Below the pieces are notes generated by a model that saw nothing but the letters and a program-made list of their open reading frames with translations, was not told where the DNA came from and did not search any database. The translations under genes were made by a program, and so were the position numbers. Below are positions 56,898 to 64,000 of a stretch of 64,000 bases of DNA, in pieces (within the stretch, counting starts at the first letter, position 1; every line of letters starts with the position of its first letter). Source of the stretch: a virus; the IMG/VR virus record IMGVR_UViG_3300021225_000468, positions 64,958 through 128,957 of that record, one strand, 5' to 3'.

Positions 56898-58367
56898 TTA
56901 TATCAATTTTTTCATCATCTGTTTAATCTCATTTATTTGTGAATTGACTTTTGTATTCTTTGCAATTTCAATTGCTTCGTCATAAGTTAAATTTGGATTT
57001 TCATAATATGCATCTTCAACTGCCGCAAGTGCAACTCCAATATCTTTTCCAGGTTTGAAACCAATATTTATTAAATCTTTACCATTTATGGGAAATTTTG
57101 GTTTTTTTGCGTCTATTTGCTGATTTAATTTATTTAATCTATCTCTAACAATTACAATTTGTTCAGGCATTGATGAATGTTCACTATGTGCAATATTATC
57201 CGCATGAATCAAATCTAAAATGTCTTCCAAGTTATCACCAACTGTAACCATAAATTTTCTGAGAGTTTTATCAGAAACATTTGATGCATCAGGTCCACCA
57301 TGTTTCAATTTCATGTGTTGTTTTACTCCCATAACAACAGCATCAATCAACTCGTTTGGATATTTTAGTCGTTGCATTATTTTCTTTACCATATCCGCAC
57401 CAACATCTTCATGTCCATAGAAATGTACAGTTCCCTCAGGTGATATTGTTTTGGTTAATGTCTTACCAATATCATGAAATAACCCCATTAATCTCGTTTT
57501 CAAATTTGCAGGTGTTTTTGACAAAACATCCATACTATGCATGAAAACATCATCTTTATGATGTACATTTTGTTTCATACCAACAGCATCATTGAATTCG
57601 CCAACTATATGTGATAATAATCCCGTTGCTTTTAATAATCTAAAACCTTTTTTAGGGTCAGGAGATACTAATATTTTATCAATTTCATCACGAATACGTT
57701 CTGAAGAAATGTTATTGATTAAATCTGCATGTTTTTTAATACTTTTTAGAACTTGTGTGTCAAACTCAAAACCATATTTACAGGCAAATCTAATCGCCCT
57801 CATCATTCTTAGAGCATCCTCCTTGAATATGACTTCAGAGTCCTGTGTTGTCCTTATTATTCCGTTTTTAATGTCCTCTATACCCTTACCACTAATATCT
57901 AATATTTCTCCCGTGGAAACGTTTTTAAGAAGACTGTTGATTGTTAAATCGCGTCTGTAAGCATCATCTTCAATATCCCCCGCAGTAACCATTGGTTTTC
58001 TTGAACCATGTAGATACACTTCTTTTCTTGGTGCAACAAACTCTAATTCTAATGGTGGTAAATTTTGATTATTATTATTTAATGATAATTTTGCAGTACC
58101 AAATTTTGGATAAACAACAGGATTACTTTCATTTTTGAAATTACCCAATGATTTTGCTAACCATGTTGCAAAATTTATACCCGCATCCAAACTACCAATA
58201 ATTGTAAAATCTAAATCTTTGGGGGTTTTTCCCATTATTTCATCACGGACAGCTCCACCTGCAAGAAACACTTTATTTTCCCATTCTGTACCTTGAATTT
58301 TGTTTTTCAAAAATTCTAAAACAGTATATTCATCTGTTGATTCTAATAACAAATTTTTTAATCTCAT
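56898..58367 (-). CDS. cca: CCA-adding tRNA nucleotidyltransferase with HD domain
   Basis: LAGGAVRD...DLDF, DAYRRDLTINSL, EDALRMMRAIRF, ERIRDE, FHDIGK, FYGHE. Confidence 0.9.
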   Translation of the reverse strand: MRLKNLLLESTDEYTVLEFLKNKIQGTEWENKVFLAGGAVRDEIMGKTPKDLDFTIIGSLDAGINFATWLAKSLGNFKNESNPVVYPKFGTAKLSLNNNNQNLPPLELEFVAPRKEVYLHGSRKPMVTAGDIEDDAYRRDLTINSLLKNVSTGEILDISGKGIEDIKNGIIRTTQDSEVIFKEDALRMMRAIRFACKYGFEFDTQVLKSIKKHADLINNISSERIRDEIDKILVSPDPKKGFRLLKATGLLSHIVGEFNDAVGMKQNVHHKDDVFMHSMDVLSKTPANLKTRLMGLFHDIGKTLTKTISPEGTVHFYGHEDVGADMVKKIMQRLKYPNELIDAVVMGVKQHMKLKHGGPDASNVSDKTLRKFMVTVGDNLEDILDLIHADNIAHSEHSSMPEQIVIVRDRLNKLNQQIDAKKPKFPINGKDLINIGFKPGKDIGVALAAVEDAYYENPNLTYDEAIEIAKNTKVNSQINEIKQMMKKLI

Positions 58368-58416
58368 ATTTTGATAAATATTTGGTTAATTTATATTTTT
58401 TTCATATAATTTATAT

Positions 58417-59175
58417 ATGAGACTCGTTTGTATATCTGACACACATACACACCACAAAAAGATGAAATATAATCTTAATGATTATATTGACAAAAACAAT
58501 TATAATGTCTTAATTCATAGTGGTGATATTTCAAGTAGGGGTTATCAGCATGAAGTAACCGATTTTGTATATTGGTTACAAAGTTTAGAAGGATTCGATA
58601 TGAAGATTTTCATATCGGGCAATCATGACTTTTGTTTTGAAAAGATTAATCAACCACATCATCAAGGCGATTATGATTGGTTTAATAATTTGATTAATGA
58701 AGAAAACTTAATGCAATCTGATTGTGTTTATCTTGAAGATAACGGTGTAAATTTATTGACACCTGAGTTCAGTAGACCAATTAAATTTTATGGTTCACCT
58801 TGGCAACCTGAATTTCATAATTGGGCATTTAATCTACCAAGAAATGGTGAGGAATTACAAGAAAAATGGAATAAAATACCCAATGATATTGATGTATTGA
58901 TAACTCACTCACCACCTTATGGTATTGGTGATTATACACTCAGAAATGAAAGAGTTGGGTGTGAATTATTAATGTCGAGAGTCGAAAACATGAATTTACT
59001 TGTCCATACATATGGACACATTCATGAAGGTCATGGTGTTTCAGTAAGAAACAATACGATTTTTGTAAACTCATCAATTTGCAATATTAGATATCAACCA
59101 ATTAATGAACCTCAAGTAATTGAATTAAAAGAATACGATGGAGAAATTATCGCAACCCACATCTACTCAGAATAA
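58417..59175 (+). CDS. Calcineurin-like metallophosphoesterase
   Basis: ISDTH, HSGD, GNHD, ITHSPP, GHIHE. Confidence 0.9.
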   Translation: MRLVCISDTHTHHKKMKYNLNDYIDKNNYNVLIHSGDISSRGYQHEVTDFVYWLQSLEGFDMKIFISGNHDFCFEKINQPHHQGDYDWFNNLINEENLMQSDCVYLEDNGVNLLTPEFSRPIKFYGSPWQPEFHNWAFNLPRNGEELQEKWNKIPNDIDVLITHSPPYGIGDYTLRNERVGCELLMSRVENMNLLVHTYGHIHEGHGVSVRNNTIFVNSSICNIRYQPINEPQVIELKEYDGEIIATHIYSE

Positions 59176-59836
59176 TGCATTATCTGTTGTTATTTCAACA
59201 AGAAACACCGAAAATGTTAGTTTGAAACATTTAATAGAAAGATTCGCACATCCAAAAACAGAATTTTTGATTTATGAAAATAATAATCAATATTCTTTAA
59301 GTGAACTCTACAATAAAGGATTGTCAGAATCAAAAAACGACATTGTAGTTTTTATGCATGATGACATTATTATTGAAACACCAAGTATAACGAGAAAAAT
59401 AATTAAATTATTTCAAAATAACCCTGAATATGGTATTATTGGTCTTGCAGGTACAGATACCCTTGTAAGCGGAATGTGGTGGGAAAAACGGGATAGAATG
59501 TTTGGACAGGTCAAACATCAACACGAAGGGAGAACGTGGAAAAATACCTATTCTGGTGGGTTTGGAGACAATTTAAAAGAGGTTGTATGTGTTGATGGGT
59601 TGTTTTTTGCTGTCCATAAGAAAAGATTAAAAGAAAACTTTGATGAAGATTTCAAAGGATTTCATTTCTACGATATTCCATTTTGTGTTGCAAATTATTT
59701 AGAAGGTGTGAAAATTGGTGTTACAACTAAAATTATGGTAGTTCATAAATCAATTGGAATGGTAAATAAGCAATGGGAAAAAAATAAATTATTTTTTGAA
59801 GCCAAATATGGTGAAAAGTTGCCATTGACAATTTGA
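59138..59836 (+). CDS. Glycosyltransferase family 2-like protein
   Basis: YNKG...VFMHDD, GLAG, VDGLF, FDE.F.GFHFYD. Confidence 0.8.
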   Translation: MEKLSQPTSTQNNALSVVISTRNTENVSLKHLIERFAHPKTEFLIYENNNQYSLSELYNKGLSESKNDIVVFMHDDIIIETPSITRKIIKLFQNNPEYGIIGLAGTDTLVSGMWWEKRDRMFGQVKHQHEGRTWKNTYSGGFGDNLKEVVCVDGLFFAVHKKRLKENFDEDFKGFHFYDIPFCVANYLEGVKIGVTTKIMVVHKSIGMVNKQWEKNKLFFEAKYGEKLPLTI

Positions 59837-59869
59837 ATAATATTTATTATTTATATACAAAAAGAAATT

Positions 59870-60067
59870 ATGTTCAAGAAAGTTTTAGATTTCATTAGTT
59901 CAACATTCAAAAAATCACCTGTATCAAGTTCTGTTGTTGAAGAAGTAGTGACATCTTCTGAATCATCTACTGTACCTGTAGAAGTAGAACCTGTTGTAGA
60001 AAAAAAGAAAAGAGGTAGAAAGAAAAAAGATGAGTTGGATGACCAAATGTCAGAGTTAATAGATTAA
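59870..60067 (+). CDS. Small hypothetical protein with basic KKKRGRKKK motif
   Basis: 65-aa ORF. Confidence 0.55.
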   Translation: MFKKVLDFISSTFKKSPVSSSVVEEVVTSSESSTVPVEVEPVVEKKKRGRKKKDELDDQMSELID

Positions 60068-60081
60068 TATCAAAATAAAAA

Positions 60082-60487
60082 GGGGGTGACAGGAATTGAT
60101 TGACGTATAGGTGGTAAATGGGCACGTAGTCGGAAATCATCTACGACTTTAATAAATGGTGATAAATACAAATGGCGAAGTTTATCGCAACATGGAAGTA
60201 GCAGGTCTCCTCGCAACTTCTAAGGTCTCTGCCTGATTGGTGGACACCTAACGGGTCGATGGACACATAACCTTGGAACAGAAGTCCCTACGGTGTAATA
60301 CCACCAGTTAAGAGTGTTAAGGTGCTGTTAGGGGTGCTACCGACAAAAGTGAACTCCCCACAGTTGTAGGTTTTAATGGAAAAATAAAAACCTTCTATTT
60401 GTCAGTTGAGAACTAACTGAATAAACGTGTAGTCCATTTATTAGTTTGCGGACAAGACTTGGCTCTCAGATGCCAACACCTCCACCA
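60082..60487 (+). ncRNA. ssrA: tmRNA
   Basis: 5' GGGGGTG pairs with 3' CACCTCC-ACCA giving G3.U70; TAAATGGGCACGT/ACGTGTAGTCCATTTA long-range helix; tag ORF 60174-60236; 406 nt. Confidence 0.88.
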
Positions 60488-60492
60488 CATTA

Positions 60493-60524
60493 AAAAACCC
60501 CATCGATTTCGATGGGGTTTCTTT
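60493..60524. terminator. Bidirectional terminator after tmRNA
   Basis: AAACCCCATCGA-TT-TCGATGGGGTTT. Confidence 0.8.
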
Positions 60525-60525
60525 A

Positions 60526-60795
60526 TTATCTGAAAGGTAATTCTTCTTCGGGCATTTCAGGTTCATCACCATAATGTTTGTCTAACATTCTGATAAATTC
60601 CGATTTTTCTAATCTACCTCCACGCATTTCTTCAATTTGGTCTAAACAACTAAAAAACATTTTTTCAATTTCTTCATCCATAGAAGTATCGTAATTTGAC
60701 ATCTCATCGGGATTGTCAATTTCACCACCATCGTACATTTCATTAATTCCGTAAAGTTTTTGTATTCTTTCTTTTTCCTCTTTTAAAATTTTCAT
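60526..60795 (-). CDS. Acidic hypothetical late protein
   Basis: 89 aa, MKILKEEKERIQKLYGINE leader. Confidence 0.6.
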   Translation of the reverse strand: MKILKEEKERIQKLYGINEMYDGGEIDNPDEMSNYDTSMDEEIEKMFFSCLDQIEEMRGGRLEKSEFIRMLDKHYGDEPEMPEEELPFR

Positions 60796-60929
60796 ATTAT
60801 CTTTTTAAATAAATATCCATAAAACAACAAAGGTCCGAAGACCTTTGCCGAGATTGAGAATACCCCCTTTTCGTTTTTATTGATTTATTGTTTAGTGGCG
60901 ACCAAACCAACTAAACTCTTATATAAATA

Positions 60930-61868
60930 TCACTTAACTACTTTTTGTGCAATTGCTTTTAAAGCAAAAATTCCTAAACCTGTACCTAACAGACCAAGTA
61001 GAAAATTTGAACCACCACTCTTAGAATTATCATTACCCATATATTCATTCATTTCATCTTCACTCATGGTGTTTCCCAATAATTGTGTTGATAATGGATG
61101 TTGTGAAAATTTGTTTGCAAAATCATCACTTGTTGTTAAGTTTTGTATGAAATCTTCTACAGATGGTAAATTTGCCCATTCTAACAATCTATTAGTTTTT
61201 ATAAACCACCTTACCCACATTCTTCTATCTCTGTATGGAATATATTTTGTGCGCCAGAATTTAAAAAATCCTTTCAATTGACTCGCATCTTTTCCATTTT
61301 TTTTCATCCAATTAGCTAAACTTTTTTCTCTTGAAAAACCTTTAATTGCTGTAGATATTGGTTTACTAATTTTAGGGTTCATTACATTTTTTGCAATTGC
61401 AGTACCATAACCACCTAAATCTTGTAAAATGCTCGATAATTTTTTACCTAATCTACTAATCAAAGGATTTTTCATTGTAGATAATTGGGCTGCGGTTTCG
61501 ATGACTTTTGGGTGTTTAGCCAACTCACCTATTTTTTTCATTTTGTCCATAGGAATTACTTTTGCCAAATCATCTGCAGATTTTAATCCGATTTTAGATG
61601 TTCCTTTCAATCCTCTCAAAGTTTTAATTATCGGGAAAGCAATAACATCACCAACTGTTGGTATTAATGCAATACATGTTAAAACAGCATAAATATATTC
61701 TTTTCTATACAAATAATAACATATCAATGCAATATCAGCGATTTCACCAATTACAGGTACAAATCCTAATACCAATGCAATATTTTCAAACCATCTCCCA
61801 AACCATGACCTATCATCTTCTTCAGATAATATTTGTTTTTTCGTTAATACTAAGACATTTTCTTTCAT
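60930..61868 (-). CDS. Hypothetical protein with pre-toxin-TG-like hairpin motif
   Basis: LGFVPVIGEIAD...IALIPTVGD. Confidence 0.6.
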   Translation of the reverse strand: MKENVLVLTKKQILSEEDDRSWFGRWFENIALVLGFVPVIGEIADIALICYYLYRKEYIYAVLTCIALIPTVGDVIAFPIIKTLRGLKGTSKIGLKSADDLAKVIPMDKMKKIGELAKHPKVIETAAQLSTMKNPLISRLGKKLSSILQDLGGYGTAIAKNVMNPKISKPISTAIKGFSREKSLANWMKKNGKDASQLKGFFKFWRTKYIPYRDRRMWVRWFIKTNRLLEWANLPSVEDFIQNLTTSDDFANKFSQHPLSTQLLGNTMSEDEMNEYMGNDNSKSGGSNFLLGLLGTGLGIFALKAIAQKVVK

Positions 61869-61879
61869 TTGTAATCATT

Positions 61880-62500
61880 TTATGATTTATGCAACATAGG
61901 ACATACCTTTTTTGCAATTATTTCACCTGTATCGGTTTTTTGTATTATTGAACCTAATTCGTTACCTAATCCAACAGATAATATTTGTAACCAAGTTTCA
62001 TTTTCAGGTTTTGCTCCTGTCACTTTTTCCATAAAATACCTACCAGCAACTTCTAAAATACCATCAATTAATTCTGGACCATATTTGTTACAATATTCTA
62101 AATTTTTAAAAGGTCTCAATAACATAAATGGAGTAATATTGGTCAAAATTCTCGAAATGTTCATTGCTGTAGATTTATCCATATTTTTAAATATAAATGT
62201 CAAAATCCAATACACAGACATTTCCTTTATAGTTTCCCATAATGTACCTTCTAATTCACCAAAATAGTCAAAATTTTTAAATTTATCTAATATTGCTTCT
62301 TGTTCATTTAATTGTTCGTGTATCTCATTGATTTTGTACCCTTCCCTCATTAATTTTGCAGTAGTTTCTATATAGGTTTCAATCAATTGTTTACCCTCTT
62401 TATTGTGCAATATATTTAAAGACTCTTTTAATTTCTCTCCTCTCGTTTGTTGCAAATTTTTATTAACAACTTCTTTGAGTGTTAAATTAATTTTATTCAT
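61880..62500 (-). CDS. Hypothetical protein
   Basis: 206-aa ORF. Confidence 0.65.
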   Translation of the reverse strand: MNKINLTLKEVVNKNLQQTRGEKLKESLNILHNKEGKQLIETYIETTAKLMREGYKINEIHEQLNEQEAILDKFKNFDYFGELEGTLWETIKEMSVYWILTFIFKNMDKSTAMNISRILTNITPFMLLRPFKNLEYCNKYGPELIDGILEVAGRYFMEKVTGAKPENETWLQILSVGLGNELGSIIQKTDTGEIIAKKVCPMLHKS

Positions 62501-62506
62501 ATAATT

Positions 62507-63190
62507 TTATTTTAATGGATTTGCTTTACCTCTTTTTAATGTACTACCGACAATGTCTGACCATTTTGTAAGACCTATTTGATTACCAGGTCCTCTTGTG
62601 ATACCACTCTCCCATTTTCCTACTTGTGGGTATGCTGAACTTGTTGAACCACCAGAACTACTCGTAGACGATGTTGATGATGTTGATGAAGTTGTTTCTT
62701 GTTCATTCATATCCTCTTCATCGTTAAATAAATGACCAATAAAGTCATTTCCATAACCACTTGATGATATATCTTCAATACTAACTTCTATTGGGTCTAT
62801 ACCCCTATCTTGTTCTTTATAATCATCTAATTTTTCTGCACTTGTACCTACATACCAAACGATAGGTTTACCGTTTATAATTTTAGATGCGATTAATTTA
62901 TCAATTTTTACTTTCCAACCTTCTTCTTCTGATTCTCTGTATGCTGCTTCTAATGGTGTTTCATTTTTTTCAACCTTACCTCCTGGCAAACCAATTTTAT
63001 GTTTTTTAGATTTTTCATATGGTCTTGTTGTAGATGCAATTTTACCATTAGGTAATTTCACAACAACAAAAGATGCATATGCGTTTTCTTCATCCTCTTC
63101 AGATAATTCTCTAAATGGTGATTTCTCTAATTCATCCACTCTTTTAGACACTAACTTCTTTATTTGTTCTTCAGTTAATACCAAATTCAT
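62507..63190 (-). CDS. NUDIX hydrolase with leader and C-terminal RG.AN tail
   Basis: Nudix box GGKVEKNETPLEAAYRESEEEG. Confidence 0.85.
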   Translation of the reverse strand: MNLVLTEEQIKKLVSKRVDELEKSPFRELSEEDEENAYASFVVVKLPNGKIASTTRPYEKSKKHKIGLPGGKVEKNETPLEAAYRESEEEGWKVKIDKLIASKIINGKPIVWYVGTSAEKLDDYKEQDRGIDPIEVSIEDISSSGYGNDFIGHLFNDEEDMNEQETTSSTSSTSSTSSSGGSTSSAYPQVGKWESGITRGPGNQIGLTKWSDIVGSTLKRGKANPLK

Positions 63191-63201
63191 ATTTATGTAT
63201 A

Positions 63202-63420
63202 TTATTCATCATAAATCTTATCGTTTATTTTACTATTTTGTATATATTCATAACTCCAAAAAAAACCACCTGATGATTTAAATGATTTGTAATTATTACA
63301 CACCTTACTTATATGATTTATATTTAAACACTTTTGTGCATCATTTATCGAATTCCATTTTTTTATAAATATTCTATCTAATGTATACTGATAAACAACT
63401 TTTTTAGTTAATATCATCAT
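63202..63420 (-). CDS. Stand-alone NUMOD1-like DNA-binding domain (homing endonuclease remnant)
   Basis: KVVYQYTLD..FIKKWNSI.DA...ISKVC...KSSGGFFWSY. Confidence 0.6.
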   Translation of the reverse strand: MMILTKKVVYQYTLDRIFIKKWNSINDAQKCLNINHISKVCNNYKSFKSSGGFFWSYEYIQNSKINDKIYDE

Positions 63421-63784
63421 ATAATGAATCGTTTAATTTGGAATATTTTCTTATGTAAAAACCTGCTAATGCATGTGCTTCATTTTCTATTTCACTACCA
63501 TCTGCACCGTCCTCTATTGAATTTTTTAATCTACCTTGTTCAAATTGTTTATGGTGCACGAGTTCGTGTGCAATACTTCTCAATATGTCAACTAATGCAC
63601 GATTTTTACCACATACTTTTACGATTTTATTCTCTTGTCTATAATCATAATTTGCAGTCGTCTTCAAACCATTTCTATTATTTTGGATGACAATAGTTGG
63701 AAGTTTTTCTATATCAAGTTCTTTTTTAACAAACTTGATAAAATCGTTCAATATTTCTTTCTTCTCAGGTGACAAAAATTCCAT
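63404..63784 (-). CDS. Zincin-like metallopeptidase domain protein
   Basis: AHELVHHKQ (HExxH) plus downstream E.EA. Confidence 0.7.
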   Translation of the reverse strand: MEFLSPEKKEILNDFIKFVKKELDIEKLPTIVIQNNRNGLKTTANYDYRQENKIVKVCGKNRALVDILRSIAHELVHHKQFEQGRLKNSIEDGADGSEIENEAHALAGFYIRKYSKLNDSLYDDIN

Positions 63785-63795
63785 AATAATAAATA

Positions 63796-64000
63796 TCACA
63801 ATAATCTTTCTTCGGGATAATTATTTTCACCAAAATATTCAATTAAAAGTTCAGAAACAAAGAAATCATCTATATCATACATATCATTTCTATTGATTAA
63901 TGATGGTGAATAATATTCTATTTCTTTAAATGTTAATGAGACCGTCCTGTATGTATTATCGTCATCATCAGACAATGTAAATTCTACCGTTAATGTTTCG
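63796..64000 (-). CDS. Partial (5'-truncated) hypothetical protein
   Basis: Open frame ETLTVEFTLSDDDD...ERLL-TGA from the window end. Confidence 0.5.
   Translation of the reverse strand, partial: ETLTVEFTLSDDDDNTYRTVSLTFKEIEYYSPSLINRNDMYDIDDFFVSELLIEYFGENNYPEERLL

Noticed and set aside
1-64000. Stop-codon reassignment
   Set aside because: Core genes are intact under code 11, TAG and TGA both end genes, and no suppressor tRNA was seen.

Overview
The window is a 64-kb AT-rich segment of a large (jumbo-type) T4-like phage that probably infects Bacteroidota. Three signs point to that host: TTTG-N19/20-TAnnTTTG promoters, a phage bS21 gene, and a tmRNA tag starting GE. Protein families were recognised from motifs by eye, without database searches. 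Bases 1-31 kb hold glycosyltransferases, a gp55-like late sigma factor, virion genes and the head module (terminase, portal, prohead protease, scaffold, major capsid), plus bS21, Hsp20, an N-domain-less ClpC and an RNA-repair 2H/HAD fusion. Bases 31-36.6 kb hold the most striking locus: a DUF6745-like gene lacking the tetrapeptide-repeat segment I recall for this family. It is followed by 22 translationally coupled mini-genes made mostly of that repeat (S-E-L-x; start-to-start spacing 12n+1 nt for the 18 core members) and then the usual QGD-motif partner gene. Bases 36.7-43 kb are a tRNA region with a group I intron in tRNA-Leu(UAA) and a family of tRNA-like RNAs that keep near-identical acceptor and T arms but carry unrelated structured inserts in place of the anticodon arm. 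The rest contains a shuffled small-ORF region, a GSP-synthase-like operon, thyA, cell-wall hydrolases, a roughly 820-nt GOLLD-like ncRNA, a CCA-adding enzyme and a tmRNA with a non-canonical tag.
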